Sequence record: NC_047822.1
Origin: Escherichia phage phiLLS
Length of the DNA: 64,000 bases
Reading direction: 5' to 3' (one strand)
Shown here piece after piece: positions 40,445 to 48,957 of the stretch. The position numbers were made by a program, and so were the translations under genes. Within the stretch, counting starts at the first letter, position 1, and each line of letters starts with the position of its first letter. The notes below the pieces were generated by a model. That model made no database searches. It worked only from the letters and a program-made list of their open reading frames with translations, and was not told the DNA's origin.

Positions 40445-40473
40445 TTGCTTCCGGCTTCAAAATTCTGTATAAT
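40445..40473 (+). promoter_or_regulatory. sigma70-type early promoter
   Basis: TTGCTT-17-TATAAT. Confidence 0.55.
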
Positions 40474-40513
40474 ATATTCATAAATTTGAGAAAACAATAA
40501 AAGGAAAACAAAT

Positions 40514-40696
40514 ATGCCAGTATCTAAAAATGTTCGTAAAAATGGTAAGAAAGCTACTCGTAATCTGGGTATCCGTCGTATGGCTGAACGTCAATCAGGT
40601 GTCCAGAAAATCTTTGATCTGCTAAATCGTGCTAATCCTAAAATTGATAACAGTAACGATACTGTTCTACGCACTCTGCTGGCAATTGGTCTGTAA
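40514..40696 (+). CDS. hypothetical small basic protein
   Basis: 60 aa ORF. Confidence 0.4.
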   Translation: MPVSKNVRKNGKKATRNLGIRRMAERQSGVQKIFDLLNRANPKIDNSNDTVLRTLLAIGL

Positions 40697-40749
40697 TAGA
40701 CCAACTTTAAACAAATTCAAATCTCAAACTTCATATAAGGAAGCAAATA

Positions 40750-41388
40750 ATGACTACTCGTATTTCTAAAACTCGCGCTCTAGCAACTATCAAATCTCTG
40801 GAAGCTAAAATCCGTAAAGCTACTGAACAGCAGCTTCTGATCGCTGTTGGTGAAGGTAAGGATAAAAACCAGGTTGTAGTTGGCGCTGCAATCGAAGTAG
40901 CTGATCTGTCTACTCGTATTAAGACTGATTTCCAGTCTCTGCTGGATATGATGTCCCAGCGTGATTGTATCAAAGCTGCTCTGATTAAAAGCAATGCGGA
41001 AACAATCGTTGAGATTGGCTCTCGTAAGATGACTGTTGCGGAAGCAATTGAAGCTAAGCGTTCTATGGAACTTAAAGCCCAATTGCTGGCTAACATGCGT
41101 AAGCAGTTCCATGCCGCTACGGTTAAGTTTAATACGCAGAAAGCACAGTTTGATGCTAAATATGAGCGTTTGCAGGATAGCATGGCTACCCGCGATAAGA
41201 AAACTTCCGAAGATGAAGTTAAAATGCAGCTCAACCTGCTGGAACTCAAGAATACTCCATTCTTGATTGATCCGCTGGAACTGGAAAAGCTGATTAAGCA
41301 GCATGACGAGGAATACCAGGACTTTGCAACAAATGTTGACTTTGTTCTGTCCGAGTCTAACGCCTCTACCTTCATTGAAGTAGAGTAA
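40750..41388 (+). CDS. hypothetical protein
   Basis: 212 aa ORF; antisense ORFs 40731-41430 rejected. Confidence 0.55.
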   Translation: MTTRISKTRALATIKSLEAKIRKATEQQLLIAVGEGKDKNQVVVGAAIEVADLSTRIKTDFQSLLDMMSQRDCIKAALIKSNAETIVEIGSRKMTVAEAIEAKRSMELKAQLLANMRKQFHAATVKFNTQKAQFDAKYERLQDSMATRDKKTSEDEVKMQLNLLELKNTPFLIDPLELEKLIKQHDEEYQDFATNVDFVLSESNASTFIEVE

Positions 41389-41771
41389 TAATTTAAAAGC
41401 TAGTAAATCGGTAGACGAAAGCCCAAGCATCTTACCTCGCAGCAGCGGTTGAAATACGAGGTTAAATAAGACCGCTGACCATACTATAAAATATAATCTA
41501 TTGGAGATTATGTTTATTACACCAGCCTTTTAAGCTGACACGTAAGAACAAAGCGTCGTTGATATTACCGACACAACTTCAAAGATCAACATTTAAGTAT
41601 GAAAGCTGAAAAGTTTAAAGAACTCAAACTTCTAAACTTCTAAAGCTAAAAGATGCAAAGTATTCGTTGATGATTCAAACCCTAGATCAAAGGTACATGG
41701 CTCATAAGATATGGCCTGTGGCGCCTCTAGGCTGTTTATCGGTTTACTAGTTTCACAATTTAAAAATGTAT

Positions 41772-41800
41772 TTGCTAATTTACTAAGTTATCTGTATAAT
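41772..41800 (+). promoter_or_regulatory. sigma70-type early promoter
   Basis: TTGCTA-17-TATAAT. Confidence 0.55.
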
Positions 41801-41830
41801 ATATTTTTAAATTGATGAAACGAGGCTATT

Positions 41831-42148
41831 ATGACTTTTCATATTTTGATTGATGATGTGCGTAATCTTCACGGAATGGACATTATCATTCGAACCCCAG
41901 AAGCCGCTGTCGAGTTTCTGAATAAAACTGATACCACAGGCCACTTCGTTTATATGGATAATGACTTGGCTGTAGATGGTATGGAAGGTTATCAAATTCT
42001 TCGTTTACTCTTAGAATTTGGGCAGAGACCAAAGAAAGTGGTACTAGTAACCTCGAACCCAGTAGCTAAGCAACATATGCGTAATGATTTGCTTGACTTA
42101 GGGTACAAAGAAAGCCCCAATCGTGTTGAATATGATTGGCAGGAGTAA
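41831..42148 (+). CDS. stand-alone CheY-like receiver (REC) domain protein
   Basis: 105 aa; ILIDDV acidic pocket, FVYMDNDL (phospho-acceptor Asp region), VVLVTS (conserved Thr/Ser), downstream Lys; alignable to CheY by eye. Confidence 0.5.
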   Translation: MTFHILIDDVRNLHGMDIIIRTPEAAVEFLNKTDTTGHFVYMDNDLAVDGMEGYQILRLLLEFGQRPKKVVLVTSNPVAKQHMRNDLLDLGYKESPNRVEYDWQE

Positions 42149-42603
42149 AAAGAATGAAGGCAGCTTTGCTTTTAGTAGCTGCCCTTACCTTCAGCTTTAG
42201 TAGTCAGGCATCGCACGATGCAAAAGAAATAGATTGCATTGCTAAAAATATCTATTTCGAAAGTCGTGGTGAGGGCATAAAGGGAATGACGGCGATTGCA
42301 CACGTTACTAAAAACCGTGTAAACTCCGGTAAATTCCCAGATTCCTACTGTAAAGTAGTATATCAGTCTAACCAGTTCTCTTGGGTATCTAAGAGACCAA
42401 AAGTTGATAAAACTGATGAGGCTTGGCAAACCGCTAAGAATTTAGCTAGAGTGATATACTACGTTGATTTACCACAAGATCCTACACATGGAGCACTATA
42501 CTTCCATAGTGGTAAAGATAAACCTTACTGGACAAAGAAGTTTAAGAAAACAACTAAGATTAAGGGACATACGTTTTATAAACCTGTTGTCACTAAAACT
42601 TAA
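42136..42603 (+). CDS. secreted SleB-like cell-wall hydrolase
   Basis: 155 aa; N-terminal signal peptide; NIYFESRGEG...AHVTKNRV...YCKVVYQSNQFSW. Confidence 0.65.
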   Translation: MAGVKRMKAALLLVAALTFSFSSQASHDAKEIDCIAKNIYFESRGEGIKGMTAIAHVTKNRVNSGKFPDSYCKVVYQSNQFSWVSKRPKVDKTDEAWQTAKNLARVIYYVDLPQDPTHGALYFHSGKDKPYWTKKFKKTTKIKGHTFYKPVVTKT

Positions 42604-42611
42604 AAATTTAC

Positions 42612-42640
42612 TTGCTTAAATACTTAAATTTCCGTATAAT
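42612..42640 (+). promoter_or_regulatory. sigma70-type early promoter
   Basis: TTGCTT-17-TATAAT. Confidence 0.55.
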
Positions 42641-42671
42641 ACTTCCATAAATTAATGAGAGGAAGCGAAAT

Positions 42672-42842
42672 ATGAAATCAGTTGTAATTATTGGTGTTAA
42701 CACTCGCGGTATTCGTACTACGAAAATTGTTAAAACTTCTAACGTTGCTGAGATCACTACGAACCCTAAAAAGTTTGATTTCGCCAAAGTCTCAGCAGTT
42801 ATGACAGAACAATCTTTTAACCAAGCGTTAGGAATGAAATAA
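42672..42842 (+). CDS. hypothetical small protein
   Basis: 56 aa ORF, TAATG overlap with next gene. Confidence 0.4.
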   Translation: MKSVVIIGVNTRGIRTTKIVKTSNVAEITTNPKKFDFAKVSAVMTEQSFNQALGMK

Positions 42843-43285
42843 TGGAAGAGAATATTTTAGATGTTTTGCGTAGAGCTTTGCAGGATTCTAAGTTTAATGG
42901 TTCTGATAAAGAAGTCGCTAAAAGCTATCAGACCATAATCGGGGATCTTCAGCGTATTGATAAAGATTTCATCACTTCTGAACAATTTGTGTCTTATCTC
43001 AAAGCTCAACTAAAAAGCATTAACCAGATGAAAGCTAAACTTCATGGTCAAGATCTTGATAGTTATAGCTTGCAGTCCGCTCAGTATGAATACATTCTAA
43101 ATAAGTGGTTGCAGGAGTATCTGCCTCCTCAGTTATCTGATACTGAGATTCGTAAATACTTTGCAGAATTAGTTAAGCTAAACCCTGGAATTACAAAAGG
43201 TATGCTGATGAAAGCGATTAAGGAAGAATTTCCTGGGCGTTACGATGGTGGTACTGCTGCTCAGATTGCTGGCGAATTTAATTAA
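42842..43285 (+). CDS. GatB/YqeY-domain-like protein
   Basis: 147 aa; resemblance to YqeY/GatB C-terminal domain by eye. Confidence 0.4.
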   Translation: MEENILDVLRRALQDSKFNGSDKEVAKSYQTIIGDLQRIDKDFITSEQFVSYLKAQLKSINQMKAKLHGQDLDSYSLQSAQYEYILNKWLQEYLPPQLSDTEIRKYFAELVKLNPGITKGMLMKAIKEEFPGRYDGGTAAQIAGEFN

Positions 43286-43293
43286 AAATTTAT

Positions 43294-43322
43294 TTGCTAA
43301 ATGCTTATAAATTCTGTATAAT
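43294..43322 (+). promoter_or_regulatory. sigma70-type early promoter preceding ORF-free region
   Basis: TTGCTA-17-TATAAT. Confidence 0.55.
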
Positions 43323-43339
43323 ATATTCATAAATTAGAG

Positions 43340-44135
43340 AACAGCGAGCCGATTACGCTGAACTTGTCTTAATGTAAGATGCGTCGAGCACTAAGATTCG
43401 TTGAATAGAGTCGGTGGGTTAGTTGTAAAACTAGTACACAGGGGGCGGCAATCCCGGTTAGTGGCTAGAACGTGTAAAATGAGGCGTCTGAAACCTCTCC
43501 CCTAAACTCTTCTCTAATTTATAAATAGTGGGGTGTGGAAATCACTTATGTAGTAACACTGCCGTCCTAGTATAATTGGTATTATCAAGCCGTAACCGGT
43601 GGAAGATGTAGGTTCGAATCCTACGGTCGGTAAGAACTGGATAACTGATGCTTTTAACGTAAAAGCTTCCGAGGTTAGTTGCGCACTGCCTAAACCACGC
43701 GGTAGTTGGTTCCAGACTAACCAACCAGTCTGCTGAATAGTTTTATTACGATTTAACTATGTCCAGGCTAAAGAAGAACTTTAGAAGGTATTCTAGGATA
43801 GTGAAGTTCTTTCTCCATATCGGAGTAGTTTTTCAAGCTATCCACAAAGTGGGAAATGCTGACATGAGAGATGTCACTAATGGTGCACAATAGCACAGGT
43901 AATTCGCGATAACTCCTGTTGAGTAGCAGCAAAAGGCGGGAAGTCATGACCCCAAGCCTAACCGAGTCCTCAATATACCGCAGGACATAACCACTAAGTC
44001 ACCCTGACTTAAACTGGAAAATAATAGACGTTACTGTATTTTGTCTTGAAATACTTAATGAGTGAGACTTATGACTCTCCCGGTATCGTCTGTATTTTTA
44101 AGAGTTTTTTACGAGAGTTCTTAAAAATACTTAAA
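43340..44135 (+). ncRNA. candidate non-coding RNA region (promoter-driven, ORF-free, tRNA-like fragments)
   Basis: ~800 bp with no ORF above ~26 codons; internal T-arm-like GTAGGTTCGAATCCTAC at 43608-43624; several hairpins. Confidence 0.3.
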
Positions 44136-44207
44136 CGGGGTGTAGTCTAAGGGAGAGGCAGGAGTCTTCTAAATTCCTTTATGCAGGTTCGAATCCTGTC
44201 ACCTCGG
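44136..44207 (+). tRNA. tRNA-Arg (anticodon TCT)
   Basis: 7-bp acceptor, D/anticodon/T arms fold; TTCGAAT T-loop; CCA encoded. Confidence 0.8.
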
Positions 44208-44244
44208 CCAATTTTATTAACTGTAACTAAAACAAAGGAAATAT

Positions 44245-45192
44245 ATGTTTGCTACTAAAAATATGAAAGAACTGACTTCTGAGCAGAAAGTAATTCGTAC
44301 TATTAAACGTTGGGGTATTGGTGCTGTAGTTGGTTTAGCAGGTTTAGTCCTAGCTTTTAATTCATATACTATTGTTTCTGATGGTACGGTTAAAACCCAA
44401 ACATTCCTGGGTAAAGTAGACCCTAATCCTGTATTACCTGGTTTTCATCTTGTAAACCCATTTGCATCTTTCGATACTTTTAGTACAAAAGACATTGCTG
44501 TAAAATTAGATAAACTTCAGGTTCCTAGTCAGGATAAGTTTAAATCCACTGTTGACCTGACTGTTATGTTGCAGTTTGATGGTTCTAAGGCACCAATTAA
44601 CCGTATTAACGCAGGTACTCAGGACCAGGCGCTAGACAAGTATGTAACTGAAAAATTACTGTCTACTATTCGTGAGTTTGGTAAATCTGTACCTAAAGCA
44701 CAAGATTTATTTGATGCTAAAATTCAGGCTCAATTGCAAACTGCAATTCAACAGGAAGTTGAAGAGTATGCACGCCCATATGGTTACACAGTTAAGCAGG
44801 TGTTTCTTCAGGATATTACTTTGCCACCAGTAATTATGGAGCAAGTACAAAATACAAAAGTTCGTGAAGAACAAGTTAATGCGGCTAAAGCTGAATTGGC
44901 TCGTGTTGAACAAGAAGCACAGCAGAAAGTCAAACAAGCTGAAGCAGATCGTGAAGCACGTAACAACCAAGCTATCGCTAATGAACGTGACGCCGATGCT
45001 AAGCTGTATGCAGCTAAGAAAGAAGCTGAAGCTAACGCCGCATTGCAACGTACCATTACTCCTGAGATGATTCGTTGGAAGCAATTGGAAGTCGAAATGA
45101 TTCGTGCTCAGAAATATCAAGGTGGTGTACCTCAGACTGTGGTAGGTACTGGCTACGATGGTCAAATGATCATGGATATGCGTAATAAATAA
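44245..45192 (+). CDS. SPFH/band-7 (HflC/prohibitin-like) membrane protein
   Basis: 315 aa; N-terminal TM helix, SPFH-like core, long Ala/Gln/Glu-rich coiled coil. Confidence 0.7.
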   Translation: MFATKNMKELTSEQKVIRTIKRWGIGAVVGLAGLVLAFNSYTIVSDGTVKTQTFLGKVDPNPVLPGFHLVNPFASFDTFSTKDIAVKLDKLQVPSQDKFKSTVDLTVMLQFDGSKAPINRINAGTQDQALDKYVTEKLLSTIREFGKSVPKAQDLFDAKIQAQLQTAIQQEVEEYARPYGYTVKQVFLQDITLPPVIMEQVQNTKVREEQVNAAKAELARVEQEAQQKVKQAEADREARNNQAIANERDADAKLYAAKKEAEANAALQRTITPEMIRWKQLEVEMIRAQKYQGGVPQTVVGTGYDGQMIMDMRNK

Positions 45193-45214
45193 TATCCGCA
45201 CGTAACATCTGAAG

Positions 45215-45252
45215 TAAGCCCTGCGTTCCCTGGAGAGCGCAGGGCTTTTCTG
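45215..45252 (+). terminator. rho-independent terminator
   Basis: agccctgcg...cgcagggct hairpin + TTTTCT. Confidence 0.7.
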
Positions 45253-45269
45253 TACTTAAGATAAAAGAA

Positions 45270-45302
45270 AAGCCCCTAAGTCTTTCTACTAGGGGCTTTA
45301 TT
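45270..45302. terminator. bidirectional terminator hairpin
   Basis: agcccctag...ctaggggct hairpin flanked by A-run and T-rich tail. Confidence 0.6.
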
Positions 45303-45516
45303 GTTTGGTTTCTTAGAACCATATACTCTTGTTACAGCAACCACCCATACGGGAGGCCAATCTTGACTGAAAATCTACTCTAGGGGGCAGGATAAGAGTA
45401 GGCTTAAAGGCAAAGGGATTGAACGCCGGTATTTGTGTAAACATTGCTGGAGAGCAACAACGTGCTACAGGCATTGGGCAGCACGAAACAGATTTTCTGC
45501 AACACATAATTTCTCC

Positions 45517-45933
45517 TTAGGAGTTATTACCACCATTTTGAGCTTTTGCAACTTGGCTTTGGCAGAAGCTATTAAACTTACCCATAAGTGATACAAGCTG
45601 TTTCCCATCCTCTGTCTTTGCGAAGTCTTCGAAAAGGGCTAGTACTGCCTGTCCTTCCGCAGAAACCTGCGGTTGTTGGGTTTGTTGCTGAACTTGCTGC
45701 TGAGCCACCTGTTGCTGCATTTGTTGAGGCATTTGCGACTGCCCGCTCATTTGCTGCATCATTTGCATAGGACTCACACTTCCAGGGTTTTGCTGGAGTT
45801 GTTGCTGCATCTGTTGCGCTTCTGCTAAACGCTGTTGCAATTGTTGTAAGTAGGGGTTATCCAGACCCGGAATGGGCTGCTGGGAGCCCCTACTTTGATT
45901 AAGTCCGTTATTTACAAAACCATATTTACTCAT
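45517..45933 (-). CDS. Gln-rich low-complexity protein (hypothetical)
   Basis: 138 aa; poly-Q/QQM repeats; co-oriented with 45955-46947. Confidence 0.55.
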   Translation of the reverse strand: MSKYGFVNNGLNQSRGSQQPIPGLDNPYLQQLQQRLAEAQQMQQQLQQNPGSVSPMQMMQQMSGQSQMPQQMQQQVAQQQVQQQTQQPQVSAEGQAVLALFEDFAKTEDGKQLVSLMGKFNSFCQSQVAKAQNGGNNS

Positions 45934-45954
45934 AATGGGCTCCTCCCCCTAATA

Positions 45955-46947
45955 TTAAGCCGGCAGTTTAGCCTGCAGACCAGCCAGAGTCTGAGTGATA
46001 GCACCAAGACTTACAGCGATTTGATTAATTACCTGACCGTTAGCACCGTTACCCGCAGCGATTGCTTCACGTAGGCGACATGCATCTAACTCATCCTGAA
46101 TACGAGCAGTAGTTACACCAGCGATAGCAGTCTGAAGTTCACAGCAACATTCAGCGATCTGACGTTCCAGAGAGTTCTGGTTAGCACACATCTGAGCCTG
46201 AACAGCGGCAAACTGGTTATTAGTTTGTAAAGTCTGCTGGAAAGCGATCTGTGCAGAATCAAACTTATCTTGTGCACGAGCTATCTGATTAGCTGCGAAA
46301 GATTGATCAATCTGGCGAGAAAGATCGAACTGACCCTGAATAACGTTGCGAGTTTCCTGACAGATCTGATTAGACAGATTAGCACCTGTACCATAGATCG
46401 TAGTTAGTACAGACTGAGTATCACGGCTCTGGTTTTGGGATGTCTGGCTAAACCCATTGTTAACTGCGCTTAAAACAGCTCCAGTACCCTGGTTAGCTTC
46501 TGTACGAGTAGTGTTAATAGCTGCTAGAATACTAGCGGTATCTTGGTTCTGAAGTACTGCATCAACTGCGGTACCATCACCAACTACACCACGTCCACCG
46601 AATCCACCGAAACCACCGAATCCGCCTGTTAATAGAGCACCGATTAGGATAGCTCCGAATAGTCCCATACCTTCACCACCGAAAGCACCTGCGTTTGCTG
46701 GGTAACCACCCAGTAGGCCAGGGAAGCCACTAGTAAATACGTTTACTGGTTCTTGCATTTTATGTTTTCCATATTTATGACAATGTTCATCGTCATCTTC
46801 TTCATCATCGTGTTCACGATGTTTTTCTTCGTAGGCTCTGACCTTCTCCCACTTTTTCTTATCTGATTCCTCGTGACGGTGCAGTTCTGCTGCAACGCTA
46901 GCGACGGTCTCAGGACTCTTAGCTACTTCTTCTGTCATTTTTGACAC
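45955..46947 (-). CDS. Gly-rich / Gln-Asn-Ala-rich hypothetical protein with His/acidic N-terminus
   Basis: 330 aa; strong SD (AGGAGGTG); GGFGGFGGFGG hydrophobic Gly segment; C-terminal half predicted helical. Confidence 0.6.
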   Translation of the reverse strand: MSKMTEEVAKSPETVASVAAELHRHEESDKKKWEKVRAYEEKHREHDDEEDDDEHCHKYGKHKMQEPVNVFTSGFPGLLGGYPANAGAFGGEGMGLFGAILIGALLTGGFGGFGGFGGRGVVGDGTAVDAVLQNQDTASILAAINTTRTEANQGTGAVLSAVNNGFSQTSQNQSRDTQSVLTTIYGTGANLSNQICQETRNVIQGQFDLSRQIDQSFAANQIARAQDKFDSAQIAFQQTLQTNNQFAAVQAQMCANQNSLERQIAECCCELQTAIAGVTTARIQDELDACRLREAIAAGNGANGQVINQIAVSLGAITQTLAGLQAKLPA

Positions 46948-47145
46948 CTCCTAGTATATAGAAAATGTGTGTCTCTTTGATCACTCATCCATAACATATA
47001 CTTTACACTACCCCAGCGAAAATGTCAAGGGGTCTTTAAAAATTGCCCCTGAATTTTTAGTGGGGTCACAAATTTTGGTCCTCACCACTTATCTGCTATC
47101 CTTAAGTGCCCTATGATTTTCCTCTAAAAAGTTAAAAAAATTTGA

Positions 47146-47174
47146 TTGCTTGAATGCTAAATTCTCTGTATAAT
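47146..47174 (+). promoter_or_regulatory. sigma70-type early promoter
   Basis: TTGCTT-17-TATAAT. Confidence 0.55.
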
Positions 47175-47204
47175 ATATCTATAAATTTGAAAGAGGAACC
47201 AAAT

Positions 47205-47723
47205 ATGAATGTTGATGAGCTAACACAGCACCTCTTATCTAGAGGATTTGATACAGATAAATATCATTGCTGGTTAAGTCCGGAAGGATGGCTAACAGTC
47301 CCGTTGTATGACTTCTCTGGGATGTTGAGGGGCTATCAAACTTATAATCCTTCTGCTCCAAAAGGTCATGGTAAGTGCCCCTTTGAAGCTAAATACTTTA
47401 CTTATTCTACTACCCAGTGTGTATGGGGACTAGAAACTCTCAATGGAGATGAAAAAGTAGTATTGATTGCTGAATCTGTATTTAAGGCAGTTGCGTTACA
47501 TAATGCTGGTTATCCAGCCCTAGCAATGTTGGGTTCTTCTCCAGGAAAAGCGTTATTAAAGCAACTGAAATTACTACCTTTTAAATTGGTAGCTGTCGGA
47601 GATAATGATCCTGCGGGTGAAAAATTTGCTAGAAAATTAAACGGCTTTGTTTCTCCCGTAGATGTGGATGAGATGTCTACCGAAAACTTGAAAAATTTTC
47701 TTGCTATGAAGCTAAATTTCTAA
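47205..47723 (+). CDS. TOPRIM-domain protein (hypothetical)
   Basis: 172 aa; VVLIAESVFKAV ... AVGDNDPAGEKFARKL resembles TOPRIM E...DxD core. Confidence 0.5.
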   Translation: MNVDELTQHLLSRGFDTDKYHCWLSPEGWLTVPLYDFSGMLRGYQTYNPSAPKGHGKCPFEAKYFTYSTTQCVWGLETLNGDEKVVLIAESVFKAVALHNAGYPALAMLGSSPGKALLKQLKLLPFKLVAVGDNDPAGEKFARKLNGFVSPVDVDEMSTENLKNFLAMKLNF

Positions 47724-47729
47724 TATAAT
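47700..47729 (+). promoter_or_regulatory. sigma70-type promoter overlapping 3' end of preceding ORF
   Basis: TTGCTA-18-TATAAT. Confidence 0.45.
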
Positions 47730-47744
47730 ATATCTTATAAATTC

Positions 47745-47830
47745 GGAAGAATAGCATAACGGTATTGCAGCAGATTGCTAATCTGTCGGTTTGAAATATA
47801 GCCTTGTGGGTTCGATTCCCGCTTCTTCCG
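47745..47830 (+). tRNA. tRNA-Ser (anticodon GCT), class II
   Basis: perfect acceptor ggaagaa/ttcttcc, long variable arm, TTCGATT T-loop, CCA encoded. Confidence 0.8.
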
Positions 47831-47839
47831 CCAAATTCT

Positions 47840-47914
47840 GGTTCTCAAGCTCATATGGTATGAGCACCCGGCTCATAACCGGAAGGTACGTAGGTTCGAA
47901 TCCTCGGGGAGCCA
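47840..47914 (+). tRNA. tRNA with CAT anticodon (Met/fMet/Ile2)
   Basis: acceptor and D stems pair; anticodon loop CTCATAA; CCA encoded; T-stem imperfect. Confidence 0.65.
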
Positions 47915-47936
47915 CCAAATTAAATAGAGGTCACAA

Positions 47937-48125
47937 ATGGATCTATATATAGTTTATGTTGTGTTTATCCAAGATAGAGAATACCCGGATGAATATAAAA
48001 AAGGGTATAGGTTGGCCAGAGCTACCTCTGAAGCCCAAGCTATGGATAAAGTGGCAGATTATATGATTACGGTAGAAAACATACACTATATCGACTACCT
48101 TGAAGCCTCAAAAGTAATTGACTAA
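47937..48125 (+). CDS. hypothetical protein
   Basis: 62 aa ORF. Confidence 0.4.
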   Translation: MDLYIVYVVFIQDREYPDEYKKGYRLARATSEAQAMDKVADYMITVENIHYIDYLEASKVID

Positions 48126-48131
48126 ACTACA

Positions 48132-48205
48132 CGGGGGTGTAATCGAATTGGCATAGGTACTGGACTTAAAATTCAGGTTTTGTGGGTTCGAATCCCACCA
48201 CCCCT
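48132..48205 (+). tRNA. tRNA with TAA anticodon (Leu-decoding) but short variable arm
   Basis: perfect T-arm GTGGG/CCCAC, anticodon stem CTGGA/TTCAG, loop CTTAAAA; CCA encoded. Confidence 0.6.
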
Positions 48206-48384
48206 ACCAAACTAAGGAAATAAGATGTATAGACATCCACCTCCGCCAACACGTCGTTCTAGAGAAGTTATCCTCATGGAATTGACTAAAAACTTCAAGG
48301 CAACTCTTGAAGATAGAGATCTAGGTACAGATGAAGACGTTGATTTCATTTGTAAACTATTAAAAATGAAGCTGGAGAAACATC

Positions 48385-48591
48385 ATGGCTAACCGTGAAA
48401 TTACTATGCAACGAATCATGACTAAAGGCATGATAGCCGAGGCAGGTATTGAACAAGAAGTAAAAGGCTATTACGAACAGATTAAGACTATTATAGACTC
48501 TGCTAAAAACACCGGAGAAAAAGAGCATGGTGCGGCAATTATGGCTATAACTCTTATTAGTCTAGACTTGGCCGAAGAATCTGGAGTTTAG
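48385..48591 (+). CDS. hypothetical protein
   Basis: 68 aa ORF. Confidence 0.4.
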   Translation: MANREITMQRIMTKGMIAEAGIEQEVKGYYEQIKTIIDSAKNTGEKEHGAAIMAITLISLDLAEESGV

Positions 48592-48621
48592 CTCCTCCAA
48601 ACAGAATTTTTAAAAATGTAC

Positions 48622-48651
48622 TTGCCTTTTGCTTTAAATTTCTGATATAAT
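48622..48651 (+). promoter_or_regulatory. sigma70-type early promoter
   Basis: TTGCCT-18-TATAAT. Confidence 0.5.
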
Positions 48652-48681
48652 AGTTATATAAATTGATGGAGGAGTTAACGA

Positions 48682-48957
48682 ATGCAAAATCGTGTTGTAG
48701 CAACTGGTATTGAAAGTGCAATCTGTAAATCCTGGGAAGGCTGGGAAGGTGAGATTGAATGGCTTTATTTCTATGATGTAGAACTTCTACCGGAAGTTAA
48801 AGCTAAATGTATTGAAGCTGGCATGGCTCCAGATGCAAAAGCTGATATTGATATTTTAATGTCTGAACTTAAAGGTCGTGTAGTTACCGTTAGTAATGAG
48901 GGCGAAGAAGTTTTCGAACTTCCGTTCTCCTTAACTGTCACTCCTAAGTTCGACTAA
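48682..48957 (+). CDS. hypothetical protein
   Basis: 91 aa ORF with GGAGG SD. Confidence 0.5.
   Translation: MQNRVVATGIESAICKSWEGWEGEIEWLYFYDVELLPEVKAKCIEAGMAPDAKADIDILMSELKGRVVTVSNEGEEVFELPFSLTVTPKFD

Noticed and set aside
40731-41430. Two long minus-strand ORFs overlapping plus-strand gene 40750-41388
   Set aside because: The region sits in a plus-strand block with a promoter and SD for the plus-strand ORF; the minus-strand translations are Ser/Leu-rich and repetitive, typical of antisense frames.
43561-43632. Possible tRNA around the GTAGG-TTCGAATC-CTAC T-arm
   Set aside because: Acceptor pairing has a mismatch and no D or anticodon arm could be folded; retained only as part of the candidate ncRNA region.
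45313-45507. 64-aa Cys-rich minus-strand ORF between terminators and the Gln-rich gene
   Set aside because: No convincing SD and it overlaps the terminator region; could be a real small Cys-rich peptide in the cassette, but evidence is insufficient.
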